Notes: generated from the sequence alone by a model not told the origin. A DNA stretch of 64,000 nucleotides from Azolla caroliniana (GCA_043228905.1 JBHGNT010000007.1:6882001-6946000), one strand, 5' to 3'; shown: positions 25,970-38,879, numbered from the stretch's first letter. Program-made: numbers and translations.

Positions 25970-28900
25970 TGTTGGAAATCAACGCTTGGATTCACCTTCA
26001 CCACTCGGCCACAACCGATTAATCGCGGATCAATGTAGCAGAAAATAGGAAATACAGAGAAAGACGCGATACACAGGGATTAACGTGGAAAACCCTATAC
26101 GGGAAAAACCACGGGAGTGCGAGACTCCGAACCAAACTATGCACAGAGAAATATACAATGGCGAGCTGCAAGGCAACGACCTTGAGCTCGCTGTCCTCGC
26201 CACAGGCGGCGGAAATACACAGAGGCGTCTACCTCTTCCTCTCTCGCGCTCTATCTCTCTCTCTCTCTCACGGCTGCTCCCTCTTCACTCCTCTTGAGTG
26301 GAAAAACAGAAAAATAATGAGCAACAGAAAAACTGTTTGCCCTAAGTCATATTTATACTTATATGACTTTGGGCTATTTACAACTATAGCCTCAGGGGGC
26401 TCGTAGCGAACATATTCACGGATATGTCCCTGCATCCGGATCGCTCTTCGGGTACATTCGTCATCCGGCACCGAAGCCGGGGTCTTCGTCATCCGGATCC
26501 GAAACCGAAACCGGGCTTGTCGGCATTCATCTCCGATATCCGACCATCCCATCCGAAGGGACCGTAATCCCAACAAACTCCCCCTTCACTTCGGCATGGG
26601 ATGTCTCTCCAATCCGACCCTCTTCCGGCATGCTTCCAGCTTGTCGGGTGTGAGGACCTTGGTCAGCATATCCGACCCGTTCTCGTCCGTGTGGATCTTC
26701 GTCAGCACGAACTCCTTGTCCTCTATCCTTTCCCGGATCCAGTGGTATCTACGCTGGATGTGTTTCGTCCGGGAATGGTAGGCCGCGTTCTTCGCAAGGT
26801 GGATGGCACTCTGACTATCGCAGTAGAGTCGGTACTCCTCTTGCCGGATACCGAGCTCTCTAATGAAGTCCTTCATCCATATTATTTCCTTGCCGGCTTC
26901 AACAGCCGCCATGTACTCCGCCTCCGTGGTTGACAGCGCAACCGTCTTCTGCAGCCTCGACTGCCATGAAACAGCTCCCCCTGCATACGTCATCACATAC
27001 CCTGATGTGGACCGGCTGGTATCTGCATCAGCCGACATATCAGAATCAGTAAAGCCTTCGAGTTCGGGCTTACCGGAGCCGAATCGGAGGCACACGTTTG
27101 CCGTGCCCTTCAGGTATCGGAGTATCCACTTGGCCGCGTTCCAATGCTCTTTGCCGGGATTGCTCATGTACCGGCTCACCACTCCGACTGCATATCCGAT
27201 GTCCGGTCTCGTACACACCATGGCGTACATCAAGCTCCCGACAGCTGAGGCATATGGCACTTTCATCATATCCTCCTTTTCAGCCTTTGTCTTGGGACTT
27301 TGCTTGCTGGACAACTTGCAGTTTGCCGGTAGGGTTGATCCGACCGGTCTTGCTTCCGACATGTTGAACCGTTGAAGCACCTTTGTCACGTACTTCTCTT
27401 GTGACAGCCACAACTGCTTCTTGCTCCGGTCCCGGATGATGTGCATCCCTAGTATTTGCCTCGCCGGACCCAGGTCCTTCATTGAGAAGGTTCGGTGAAG
27501 AGCCTTCTTCAGCATCCGTATCTTGACCTGGTCTCGTCCGACGATCAACATGTCGTCCACGTACAGGAGGAGTATTAGGGAGTCTCCTCCTTCGAACTTC
27601 TTCACAAACACGCAGTGGTCGGACTGCGTTTTGAGGTACCCTTCGTCGGTCATGAAGGAGTCGAACTTCCGGTACCATTGCCGGGGAGCCTGCTTCAGTC
27701 CGTAAAGGCTCTTCTTCAACCGGCATACCAGGTGCTCCTTCCCTTTCTTCTCGAATCCTTCCGGTTGCTGCATGTAGATCTCTTCTTCGAGGTCGCCGTG
27801 AAGGAATGCCGTCTTCACGTCCATCTGTTCTACCTCGAGGTCCATGCTTGCCGCTATGCTCAGCACCGTCCGGATGGAGGTCATCTTCACTACCGGGGCA
27901 AATATCTCGTCGAAGTCGACGCCCTTCTTCTGCTGAAACCCCTTCACCACGATCCTGGCTTTGTATCTCGGGGGGTTTCCGGCATCTCCCGGTTTCAGCT
28001 TGAACACCCACTTGTTTCGCAGTGCCCGCTTTCCTTTCGGCAACTCCACAAGTTCATATGTGTGGTTCTCATGCAGGGAATCCATCTCGTCCTGCATGGC
28101 ACTCAACCACCTGCGGCTCTGGGTGTCATGCTTTGCTTCTTCAAAGCTCTCCGGCTCCCCCTCGTCGGTTAGCAACACGTGCTCTGGTTCCGGAAATCTC
28201 CGGGGGGCCCTTCTCTCTCTTAGAGGGTATCTCCGTTCCGGAGCTTCGGTAACCGGTTCTTCCGATTCTTCTTCTTCATCCGAATCCATTTCGGGATCGG
28301 GGCCGGTTCCGGTATCATTTTCATCTTCTTCGGCCGGTTCTGTTTCTTCACCGTCTTCGGCCGGATCCTCGAGTGCTAACCGGTCCCTTGCCGGTCGGGA
28401 CTGCTCCTCGTAGAGTTGATCCTCACCGATCGACTTGGAGCTCTTCATCTTCTTCTCCGACTCCCAGTCGGCGAGCGTCTTGTTCTCCATGAAGATGATA
28501 TCACGACTCCTGAATATCTTCTTGTCGACCGGGTCCCATACTCGGTAGCCGAACTCGTCGTCGCCGTAACCGAGGAATATGCATGGCCGGGTCTTAGGAT
28601 CTAGCTTTCCTCTCCGGTCCTTTGCCACATGCACGTATGCGAGACACCCGAACACCTTCAGATGCCGGTAGGACACTTCCTTACCGGTCCACACTCTCTG
28701 CGGCGTGTCTCCGTCCAAAGGAACTGAGGGTGATCTGTTTATCACATATGTCGCCGTCGACATTGCCTCAGCCCAAAACCCCTTGGGTAATTTCGCATGC
28801 GCCAGCATACTCCGGACCCGCTCCATTATGGTCCGGTTCATCCTCTCGGCCAGCCCGTTCAGTTCCGGCGTCTTCGGCACAGTAAACTCGAGTCGGATTC

Positions 28901-31297
28901 CCTTCGAGCGACAGTACTCCTGGAACTGCCCTCGGTATTCCCCTCCGTTATCCGCTCGTATCGCTTTCAGCTTCTTGCCGGATTCTCTTTCCACTCTCGC
29001 ATGGAGTTCTTTGAAGACGGACAACACTTGGTCCTTTGTCTTCATCGGTGCCGTCCACAGTTTTCGGCTATGATCATCGATGAATGTTACGAAGTACTGG
29101 GCTCCGCCATGTGACTTCGTCTCTACCTGACACACGTCAGTGTGCACCAACTCCAATGGTGCGCTACGTCTCGTCGGTGGCCTTGAGTGGAAGGAGGTTC
29201 GGTTCTGCTTACCGGCCAGGCAATCGGTGCACTTCTCCAGGTGCACGTGCTTCACTGGGATGAGGTTGTCTTCTGCAAGCCTCTTCATCCCCTTCTCACT
29301 CATGTGGCACAGTCTTTTGTGCCACAGCTCACCGGCAGTGTCGGCTGCCACATTCAGCTCTTCCGGACATAACCGGGCATTCATCAGGTACAGTGTGTTG
29401 ACCTTCCGGGCCCGAGCCACTATCAAGCTCCCTTTGCTGAACTTCATGACACCGTTCCGGATGCTACCTGTGTAGCCTTCATCGTCTAGCCTCCCGGCCG
29501 AAATCAGGTTCAGTCGAACCTCCGGAACATGTCGGACATCCTTCAGCAGCATTTTGCATCCGGTCGGGGTTGTCAACCACACGTCTCCTATGCCGGCTAT
29601 CCGGCACGTACCTTCATTTCCCATCCGAACACAGCCATGCTCACCGGCTGTGTAGGATGAGAAGTATCTTCTCTCCGGGGTCAGGTGGAACGATGCTCCG
29701 GAATCGACCACCCAGGTCGTCTCATCGCCGGCAACGTTTAGCTCACCTTCTTCGGTGATGAGCATGATTTCTTCCTCACTTGCCGCGAGTGCCGTTGTTC
29801 CTTTCCGGTCCTGCCCTCGCCGATCCGAACCTCTCCGGTCCGTGGCTCCCCGGTATGCACCGTTTCTCTCCGGTGACTTCTTCGAGTCGGTGTCGTCGGC
29901 TCCGTTGTCTTTTCGGTAATGCCGACAGTTCTTCCGGAAGTGCCCCGGCTTCCCACAGTGGAAGCATGTTGGCCTTCCTCTTGACTGCGACCGGGTCCCC
30001 GACTTCTCCCGTCTTTGCGGACTCCGGTTCCATTGTCTTCCCCGATCCGATTCGGTAAACAGCATCTTCGGGTCGGAGGCCGGTTCCTTATCTCTCCGAC
30101 GCGCTTCTTCATTCAGAATACTTGTCTTTACCGTTTGTAAGGACAAGTTATCTTCGGTGCACGAGGTGCTGAGAGTCACCACCAAGTTCTCCCAGCTTTC
30201 CGGCAATGTACACATCAGGATGATGGCTTGCATTGCATCCTCCAACGGGAACTTGATCGCCGCAAGCTGATTCACGAATCCCATGAACGTGCTTACGTGT
30301 TCCACCATACTCTCGCCGTCCCGGTACTTGAGATTCACTATCTTCCTCATCAGGGAGGTCCGGTTCAACGCATTCTTCCTCTCATAGAGGCCCGACAGCT
30401 TCTTCCACATCTCGTATGCGTTGGTGTCGTTCGCCACATGTTGTAGGACGCTTACATCGACGTATTGTCGGATCGTCGCTACGGCTTTCCGGTTCAGGAG
30501 CTTCCACTCCGACTCAAGTACCCCTTTCGGTATTTCCGACCTGTCAATCGGTTCGTACAGGTCCCGAACAATCAGAAGATCCTCCATCTTGATCTTCCAG
30601 TCGGCGTAATTCTGTGCATTCAGCACCATCATCATCGGCTGCCCGCTGCCGCCGCCTTCCATTTTCTGCAACAGTCGCTCTGATACCAGTTTGTTGGAAA
30701 TCAACGCTTGGATTCACCTTCACCACTCGGCCACAACCGATTAATCGCGGATCAATGTAGCAGAAAATAGGAAATACAGAGAAAGACGCGATACACAGGG
30801 ATTAACGTGGAAAACCCTATACGGGAAAAACCACGGGAGTGCGAGACTCCGAACCAAACTATGCACAGAGAAATATACAATGGCGAGCTGCAAGGCAACG
30901 ACCTTGAGCTCGCTGTCCTCGCCACAGGCGGCGGAAATACACAGAGGCGTCTACCTCTTCCTCTCTCGCGCTCTATCTCTCTCTCTCTCTCACGGCTGCT
31001 CCCTCTTCACTCCTCTTGAGTGGAAAAACAGAAAAATAATGAGCAACAGAAAAACTGTTTGCCCTAAGTCATATTTATACTTATATGACTTTGGGCTATT
31101 TACAACTATAGCCTCAGGGGGCTCGTAGCGAACATATTCACGGATATGTCCCTGCATCCGGATCGCTCTTCGGGTACATTCGTCATCCGGCACCGAAGCC
31201 GGGGTCTTCGTCATCCGGATCCGAAACCGAAACCGGGCTTGTCGGCATTCATCTCCGATATCCGACCATCCCATCCGAAGGGACCGTAATCCCAACA
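25970..31297 (-). mobile_element. Intact, recent Ty1/Copia (Tork/Tnt1-like) retrotransposon; LTRs 25970-26575 and 30692-31297
   Basis: Two 606-bp TG...CA LTRs with no difference seen by eye; TSD CAGAT on both sides; Met-i PBS 30677-30688; PPT 26576-26586; single uninterrupted ORF. Confidence 0.98.
26586..30662 (-). CDS. Copia Gag-Pol polyprotein (~1358 aa from MEGGG)
   Basis: CFHCGKPGHFRKNC knuckle, protease WVVDSGASFH, GAG-pre LWHKRLCH, INT HTDVC/ADNGGEY/AERMNRT, RT YVDD, RH TDSD..EAEY..CDSQSA. Confidence 0.97.
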   Translation of the reverse strand: MEGGGSGQPMMMVLNAQNYADWKIKMEDLLIVRDLYEPIDRSEIPKGVLESEWKLLNRKAVATIRQYVDVSVLQHVANDTNAYEMWKKLSGLYERKNALNRTSLMRKIVNLKYRDGESMVEHVSTFMGFVNQLAAIKFPLEDAMQAIILMCTLPESWENLVVTLSTSCTEDNLSLQTVKTSILNEEARRRDKEPASDPKMLFTESDRGRQWNRSPQRREKSGTRSQSRGRPTCFHCGKPGHFRKNCRHYRKDNGADDTDSKKSPERNGAYRGATDRRGSDRRGQDRKGTTALAASEEEIMLITEEGELNVAGDETTWVVDSGASFHLTPERRYFSSYTAGEHGCVRMGNEGTCRIAGIGDVWLTTPTGCKMLLKDVRHVPEVRLNLISAGRLDDEGYTGSIRNGVMKFSKGSLIVARARKVNTLYLMNARLCPEELNVAADTAGELWHKRLCHMSEKGMKRLAEDNLIPVKHVHLEKCTDCLAGKQNRTSFHSRPPTRRSAPLELVHTDVCQVETKSHGGAQYFVTFIDDHSRKLWTAPMKTKDQVLSVFKELHARVERESGKKLKAIRADNGGEYRGQFQEYCRSKGIRLEFTVPKTPELNGLAERMNRTIMERVRSMLAHAKLPKGFWAEAMSTATYVINRSPSVPLDGDTPQRVWTGKEVSYRHLKVFGCLAYVHVAKDRRGKLDPKTRPCIFLGYGDDEFGYRVWDPVDKKIFRSRDIIFMENKTLADWESEKKMKSSKSIGEDQLYEEQSRPARDRLALEDPAEDGEETEPAEEDENDTGTGPDPEMDSDEEEESEEPVTEAPERRYPLRERRAPRRFPEPEHVLLTDEGEPESFEEAKHDTQSRRWLSAMQDEMDSLHENHTYELVELPKGKRALRNKWVFKLKPGDAGNPPRYKARIVVKGFQQKKGVDFDEIFAPVVKMTSIRTVLSIAASMDLEVEQMDVKTAFLHGDLEEEIYMQQPEGFEKKGKEHLVCRLKKSLYGLKQAPRQWYRKFDSFMTDEGYLKTQSDHCVFVKKFEGGDSLILLLYVDDMLIVGRDQVKIRMLKKALHRTFSMKDLGPARQILGMHIIRDRSKKQLWLSQEKYVTKVLQRFNMSEARPVGSTLPANCKLSSKQSPKTKAEKEDMMKVPYASAVGSLMYAMVCTRPDIGYAVGVVSRYMSNPGKEHWNAAKWILRYLKGTANVCLRFGSGKPELEGFTDSDMSADADTSRSTSGYVMTYAGGAVSWQSRLQKTVALSTTEAEYMAAVEAGKEIIWMKDFIRELGIRQEEYRLYCDSQSAIHLAKNAAYHSRTKHIQRRYHWIRERIEDKEFVLTKIHTDENGSDMLTKVLTPDKLEACRKRVGLERHPMPK

Positions 31298-31314
31298 CAG
31301 ATATGGTAGAACGT

Positions 31315-33246
31315 TGTCGCATTGTTACGCGTGTGCGTGGAGAAACAAGGCGGGACCACCGGGGTCTTGAACCGAAGAGCAGGTGATAGAAGGGGAAAGA
31401 GAAGGAGAGAGACGCCCGGTCACATATGAGCAAAGAAACACAGGGGCGTGGCCCGTCAACACAGAAGACGCGAATGGACACAGAGACAGGAAGAAACAAG
31501 TGTTTGTATATTAACGAATAACGAGTACACAGCAGAACACGCGAGCGGCTACAACCGAACAGGCCGGCGGACAAACGTCGATGCCTGTTCGTCTACGCAC
31601 GAAATGGGAATAGGATGGAGGTGTTGCCGGAAGCACACGGGCGTTCCTCGAAGCAGCGCGAACCTCCTAAAACCTGCAGAGAAGGGCAACAGAGAACAGA
31701 TAGAGGAGAAGCGTTCGGTTCCGGTCCGACAACACTTCGTCCTCCTCAATGCGCTATCCCCCCTCTCCCTGCGTCTCCCTCTCCTTTATAGCGTCAAGAG
31801 GGGAGCCGTCTCCCTCATTTACTTCCTACCTACCAAATCTAACTACCCCGGATCTCTCTCTGTACCTAATTCTCTATTATATACATTAAGAGCGCGCACA
31901 CGTGAAGGGCCGGTTCCTGTGTGCTATTCACCGATTACGCCAGGGGACGGTTTTCTTCACGACATCCACCCCCACTTAACCGCGCATCCACCGGTATGCG
32001 CCAAAATTGGTTTCTGGTTGGAGAAAACCGGTCTGGGTCCCGTTTCTTCGTCCATCGGTTCACCCTCCGTTTCAGACTGTTCGTCTTCGCTGCCCAGGCC
32101 TCTTAGATCCGGTTCATCGTCGTGGCGTTTCTTGAACGCCTTGACCCGCTTACCTGCTACCGGCATCGCCATCCTTGTACCGTCGAGTTCCGCCAGGTGA
32201 TACGTCCCGTTGTCGTTGGCGCCCGTTACCACGTAAGGCCCGAACCACCGCTCTGCAAACTTCCGTGTTGCTCGGTGCTGGTTGTCGAGGTTGCTGTCGT
32301 AGACTAGCACCCAGTCGCCTTCCTCGATTTTCTTTGGTCGGAGCCGGTGCGTCCGGTCGAACCGGGCTTTGTTCTTCATCCTCGCCGCCCGAAGTCTCTC
32401 CGCCGCTCGTTCCACGTCCTCTGGCCTCCGCTCGAGCTGCCGTATAAGCGCCGCGAGCAGTTCTTCCCGACTCATTTCATCACTCCAGTCTACTGTCGCC
32501 CAAGAGGAGATCGTCCGTTCCATCGGCATGATCGGCTTCTGTCCGAACATGAGCTCTAACGGCATGAACCTGGTTACCGAGCTGTGCGTTGTCCGGTCCG
32601 CCCACAAGGCATAAGGTAACAGTCGTGGCCAGTTCCTGACCTGGCCTGCGCATGCCTGGACTAGCGCTTTGACGATTGGCCTGTGCCCGCGCTCTACCTT
32701 CCCATTTGCCTCCGGATTGTACATTGTGGGCCACCGAGTTCGTCCCTCCTTGCGGCAGGGTGCACATCTGCACTAGGCCGAGAGGAGTCCGCATCGTCGT
32801 AATGTCTCTGCTCTCTACGGCTAGTTGGAACTGATCGTACCCCGAGTACAGATCACCGACCGAGTAGATCGACCTTCGGGCGAAGGCCTCCATGAACTCG
32901 TCTATCGTTGGTCTGATTCCTGCGTTCCGAATGGTCACTCTGTTGATCGGCTGCAGGTCTTGAATGAAGCGCAACGTCCCGTTCTTCTTCGGTACAGTAA
33001 ACCACCGGTTCGAGTACGGGGCACTTGATGGTTCAACGATGCCCATATCAACTTTCTGCCTTAATAGCTCCATCAGCTCCGGGATGTGAGCTCTCGGTAC
33101 CGAAATTGGTTTGAGATTCCATGGTACATGCGGTACCGTGAATATCACCATCGGCTTCACGACTGTCGGGACTCCGTACGCCCTGAGTCTTCTTTCCGCC
33201 CGCTTCTTTTCCCGGCCACTAATGCCGGCCATAGTACAACCTCCGT
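31315..33246 (-). mobile_element. 3' part of another Trp-Gypsy element E inside B (3' LTR 31315-31964, PPT, INT 31965-32723, partly deleted RT)
   Basis: Inserted after ACGT; LTR ends ttcacgaca then tccacccccac; YNPEANGKVER..WFGPY; RT LPQGGTNS joined by deletion. Confidence 0.8.
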
Positions 33247-33763
33247 TGTCGCGTTGTTATGCGCGTGCATGTAGAAGGGGCGGGACCACGGGGGTCTTGG
33301 ACTAGGGAGTAGAGGAGAAAGAATAAGATATGAGAAGTGGTAGCTTAACACCGGATGAGAAGATGAAGAGTAGCACATAAGCGTAGACCAAAGTAGATGG
33401 AAGCCACAACAAGCTATATTAAAAACAAGCGAATGATTACAACAATGGTGGCCGCCATGGCCACACCAAACGACTAAAAAAAAACCCTAAAGGAAAACCC
33501 AAGAAGAAAACCCTAACCGAAACCCTAAAACCGAATAGGAAACCCTCGACCTAAGTGGTATGCCTCTCTCCCTCAAAATAGGCAACCCCTCATAAGTGAC
33601 CCCTCCCTTTTATAGCCCAAGGAGGGAGGGACCTTACAATGTGGGATAAATTTCCCCTCTTCTTTCTACACACCATTTCCTAGTATACACATGCACATGT
33701 TGCACACTACCGATTTGCCCGTTCTAACCCGGTTTCACACTATAGCCGGAAATCTTCACGACA
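33247..33763 (-). mobile_element. Solo LTR F of the Trp-Gypsy family
   Basis: tgtcgcgttgtt...cttcacgaca with perfect TSD CCGT. Confidence 0.88.
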
Positions 33764-34126
33764 CCGTTATCGGAGAACCAAAATTTTCTATCTATGGTAC
33801 ATGTGTGGGGTTCTTCTGGGGTGTCCGGACTATCGCGACCCCACGCTTTGATAGCCCTCTCTAAAAATCCCCTCCGCTCTCGCCGCCGAGGGTCTCACGG
33901 TTACGCTCATGATCCGTTGTCGAGCACCTTCGTTTCCATCCGTGTCGCTGTAATGTATGGCTTGCCGAGTATCACCGGGTGCGAGGAGGTCTCCTCCACA
34001 AAGAAGTGTTGATCTATCTCAACGTCGCCGATCTTTACGCGTACATTCAGGCACGCACCATGCAGCTCCTCCGTAGCGCGCGTTGCTACCCGTATCTTCC
34101 ATCTGTGCTCGGTGTTGATCGACCAC

Positions 34127-34708
34127 TTTCCCTTCTTGTAGAAGTCCATGGACATCAAGTTGATCTCCGAACCGTGGTCTACCAATGCCACCACCGGCTC
34201 TTGGACGTCCCCGATCTGAACAGGGGTTTCCATAGTGTCCCTAGCCCAATGTAGTCTTGAGTAGTGGCTTTCCGCCAACTCGTCCTCCACGGCCATGTCT
34301 TCTAGGTGCGTCGCTCACACCTCCACCGACTTCTCCGGCTCCGGCTCTGTCAAAAGCCTTTTCCGCTTCACCAAGTCCACAATGGAGTTGTGGAACTCCT
34401 TCTTGGCGATACCGAGCATTTCCCCTTCTTGTAGAAGTCCATGGACATCAAGTTGATCTCTGAACCGTGGTCTACCAATGCCACCACCGGCTCCTGGACA
34501 TCCCCGATCCGAACAGGGGTTTCCATAGTGTCCCTAGCCCAATGTATCCTCGAGTAGTGGCTTTCTGCCAACTCGTCCTCCACGGCCATGTCTTCTAGGT
34601 GCGTCCCTTGCACCTCCACCGACTTCTCCGGCTCTGGCTCTGTCGAAAGCCTTTTCCGCTTCACCAAGTCCACGATGGAGTCGTGGAACTCCTTCTTGGC
34701 GATACCGA
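34127..34708. repeat. ~292-bp tandem duplication covering the protease start in element B
   Basis: MAVEDELAESHY..DHGSEINLMSMDFYKKGK appears twice. Confidence 0.88.
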
Positions 34709-37632
34709 ACACTTCCCTTAGCGACAACTCCACTTTGCTGTCGAGGATCCGTTCCTCCAGGACCTTTCGTTGGTCTGTGGTCCTTTCAATCTTTGTACTC
34801 AACCGATAACCAGCCTTCTTGGCCTTGTTCGGTGCGCCGGATGCACCGACATCATTCTGCTTCGGCCTGAACCGGGTCTCATACCGTTGTGAGGGTCCAG
34901 CCCCCCCGGTCTTTCCTACGCACTTGTCTTCCACTAGAACTTCGTAGTTCCGGCATGCGGCTTCCACGAAGCCGTCTTCTCTTCAACTGGGTCACTCCAC
35001 CCGGTTACCTCCCGGACCCGTCTTTCCACGCGGTCCACTTCCTCTTTCCTCAGCCATACGCCGGCTAGGCCTTCCAGCATCAACGGCCAAAAGTCAGAGT
35101 CCTTCGTTTTCTGGACTTCATCACTCCCGACCCGGATTCCCACTGACGCCGAGTAGTGGATGGTCTTCGTGTGGCGAGCCACCACTTCCTCCATCAACTG
35201 TTTCATCCCCCCTCGTCTGACGTTTAGATCTAGGGCCCTCCGGGTTTTTCTACTGTGTACCTGCCCGTTCCAAAGGTACACCACGTTGGCCCTTATCGCT
35301 TCGGTGAAGTCCATGCAGTCCTTTCGGGCGTGGCCAACGATGTCGCACCACAAGCACTGATGCCCAGCCGGAGCCCTTCGGTCACGAGCTTGTTCGCCAC
35401 CGTCTCTCCGTGCCTGTGCAATCTAGAGGTCCCTCACCATCTGAGTCAGCTCCTCCAGAGCCGCTCCTCCGGACGGGCCTTTGACCACGCTGGTTGAAGT
35501 TGAGCCAGTCTCGAGCCAGTCTCGGGTCTGCTCCCTTTGCGCCAGTGGGGGTACCTCGAGCTTCCTTGCCGCTACAGAGCCCCCGACGAGCCTTTATCGA
35601 CCCACTCACGCCATTTGTCGAAACGGCCGTAGACTCTCTTCACCACGGCCCAGTCATCTGTTACCCCGTCATCGGTCTCCAGCAGGAGGCCCACTTGCTC
35701 CTGGTTCCTCACGTCCACCGATTTAACAAATAATAGGACACGACTTGTGTCTAGTACAATCCGGTCCAGCGTCGAAAGACGCGCGAAGTGTTCCTCAAAC
35801 TCCTGGAGGAGCACCGACGCATTTCTCCCCTTTTCGGGGGTCCCACCCATTCCATGAAGTCCCGCTTCGATAGCTGAAGCGCGTCATCAAGCCCGTATTT
35901 CTCAAGAAGTCGACCTTCAAACTCTTCCCAGGTTCGGCTCTCAGCTCGTACCTCGAGCACCTCTACGTGGATGCCCGACATCGCCACCTGAGGGAATCCG
36001 GCCAGTTGCCTGTCTTCCAGAATGTCCCTCATCACCATTTTGGCTCGGTAGGCCTCCAAGTAGCTCGTGGCGTCCTTTCCACTGAATCGGCCTATCGTGC
36101 CGACAATTGCTTCAATAGCCCTATCGAGGGTGCATGTGCCTTCACGCGCACTCACAAATCGATCTACAGCTAAAGCCATGGCTTCTGCAAGTTCCGTTCC
36201 CCTCATCCTTTGTATTCCTTTGCCGCTTGTTCACGTCGGGTTCACCAAATATGTCGCGTAGTTACGCGCGTGCGTATAGAACGAGACAGGATCACGGTGG
36301 TCTTGGACCGAGGAATAACTGATCAGGTGTAGGAGCAAGAAAGACAACGGCCGTGCTTCCACACATAGACACACACAGATACACAGAAATTGCAACCGAA
36401 TGAAAACAACAGAAACAAGACGAATGCATATATGTATATATATATTCTGATGAAAAAGGGGTTACAACCGGCAGGCCGGTGGGCGACAAATCTCCTACGC
36501 CTACACACACATAAGAGCGAGATGGAGACTCTACCGGAAGCACTCGGGCGTTCCGCGGAGTAGAGTCGGCCTCCCGAAAACCTGCACAGAGCAAATACAG
36601 AGAAGGACAGAGGAGAAGAGCTCGGTCCCAGTCCAACAACACTTCATCCTTGACAAAAACGATCCCTTTTTCGATTCCTCTCCCTCTCTTTCATAGCCCA
36701 AGGAGGGAGGCCATTACAACTTGCTACATCATCTTTATTCTCTGTCCTTTCGGACAAAGATATGCCTCGATTTCCTACCTATCAAATCCGTGCAACCTAG
36801 GATATTCACATTAGCCCACTTGTACCTAAATATGTACATTACAACAAAACTTATGCCAGCATGTAAGGGCTGATTCGTGCACATCATTCTTCGATTCCGC
36901 CTAGGGACAATTTTCTCCACGACAACGGAACAATGGATTTGGGAGGTCACCGGATGGGATGATCTGGTCGAAGAAAAGACCGGCTTCGTGGAAGCCGCGT
37001 GCCAGAACTACGAGGTTCTAGTAGAAGACAAGCGCGCAAGAAGGGCTGGAGGCGCCGGTCCCTCACAACGGTACGAGACCCGGTTTGGACCAAAGCAGAA
37101 CGATGTTGGCAATGTCGGGGTGCCGGATAAAACGAAAAGGGCCGGTTACCGGTTGGGCATGGAGATTGAGAGGTCAACGGACCTGCGGAAGGTCCTCGAG
37201 GAGCGTATTCTCTCGACAACAAGGTGGAGATGTCGCTGAGGGAGGTGCTCGGAATCGCCAAGAAGGAGTTCCATGAATCCATTGTGGACTTGGTGAAGCA
37301 GAAGTGGCTCTCGACGGAGCCGGAGCCGGAGCCGGAGAGGCCCGTGGAGGTGTGGACGACACACCTAGAAGATACGGCCCTAGAGCATGAGTTGATGGAC
37401 AACTACTACGCGAAGCCGCATTGGGCCAGGGCCACTACGGAGACCCCTGTCTGGGTTGGGGACATGCAGGAGCCGGTGGTGGCATTGATAGACCACGACT
37501 CGGAGATCAACCTGATGTCCATGGACTTCTACAAAAACGGGAAGTGGCCGATCAACACCAAGCACGGGTGGAAGATACGCGCGACGACACGCGCTATGAA
37601 GGAGCTGCATGGTGCGTGCCCGAATGTGCGCG

Positions 37633-38118
37633 TAAAGATCGGTGACGTTGAGATAGATCAACACTTCTTTGTGCAGGAGACCTCCTCGCACCGGGTGATA
37701 CTCGGCGAGCCATACATTACGACGGCATGGATGGAAACGAAGGTGCTTGACAACGGATCAGTGTACGCGCGTGTGAGGAGCCAGGACGGACAACGCTTTG
37801 TTCAATTTTTGACGGAGAGGGCTATCAAGTCATGGGGTCACGATAGTCTGGACACCCCGAAAGAGCCCCACACACGTAAAGATCGGTGACGTTGAGATAG
37901 ATCAACACTTCTTTGTGCAGGAGACCTCCTCGCACCGGGTGATACTCGGCGAGCCATACATTACGACGGCATGGATGGAAACGAAGGTGCTTGACAACGG
38001 ATCAGTGTACGCGCGTGTGAGGAGCCAGGACGGACAACGCTTTGTTCAATTTTTGACGGAGAGGGCTATCAAGTCATGGGGTCACGATAGTCTGGACACC
38101 CCGAAAGAGCCCCACACA
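37633..38118. repeat. ~243-bp near-perfect tandem duplication in element A protease region
   Basis: QETSSHRVILGEPY...DTPKEPHT occurs twice (ORFs 37224 and 37915). Confidence 0.9.
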
Positions 38119-38879
38119 TGTACCATAGGTAGGAAATTGTGGTTCTCCGATAATGGAGGTTGTACTATAGCCGACATCAGTGGTTGGGAAAAGAAACGAG
38201 CGGAAGAAATACTCAGGGCGTACGAAGTCCTCGGCCCTGGCGAATAGATTGGCAGCGCCATGGAGGCGGTCTCCTTCGATGACACCTTGGGGGAATTACG
38301 CGAGGTTGTCGAAGGAGGCCTTAGTGAAGACCGGGCAGTTCTAGTTAGTTCAATGGAGATGTACGAAGTCATCACTGACTTCGGGGAAAAGGTAGGGTTT
38401 GGTTTGACGGCCCGCGTGGATACCAAGTACAAGATTGTGGTCCGGAAGGTGAGGCCAATCGTGGCACCCTTTCCGGAGGGCAGCGGAGAGCGGATAAAGG
38501 GGGTCTCGTCGGACCCAAGTTTACGTCAACTGGTCGGGGCACCGATTCACTGACATAATGCTATGGGAGCTCAAGGTCGGTGGGGGTGGGTTTCTTCTGT
38601 CGGCGGAGTAGGACCGGTTTCGGAGGATGCTCGGAAGGCACGGGAAAGCCATCGCATTCTTGCCGGAGGAGATCGGGTGCGTAGACCCGACGATCATGGA
38701 GCCGATGGTGATATTCACGGTGCTGCACGTGCCGTGGAATCTCAAGCCGATTACGGTACCCAGAGCTCACATCCTGAAGTTGATGGAGCTACTGAAGTAG
38801 AAAGTGGAGATGGGCATCCTCGAACTGTCGAGCGCCCCGTATTCAAATCGGTGGTTTACCGTGCCGAAGAAGAACACGT

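Larger units (their letters stand above)
22341..36923 (-). mobile_element. tRNA-Trp-primed Gypsy element B, inverted inside A (3' LTR 22341-24459 with inserts; 5' LTR 36252-36923)
   Basis: LTR pair highly similar; PBS tcacgtcgggttcacca ~36231-36247; PPT tccgcccccacc after 24459; gag 35751-36206, protease DHGSEINLM, RH, INT C-terminus (FGSY). Flanks GTGG/ACGG read as a decayed 4-bp TSD. Confidence 0.85.

Noticed and set aside
26596-30683. Numerous overlapping and antisense ORFs
   Set aside because: Shadow frames of the GC-rich Copia polyprotein; the same applies to ORFs within the Trp-Gypsy LTRs (e.g. 31448-32200).
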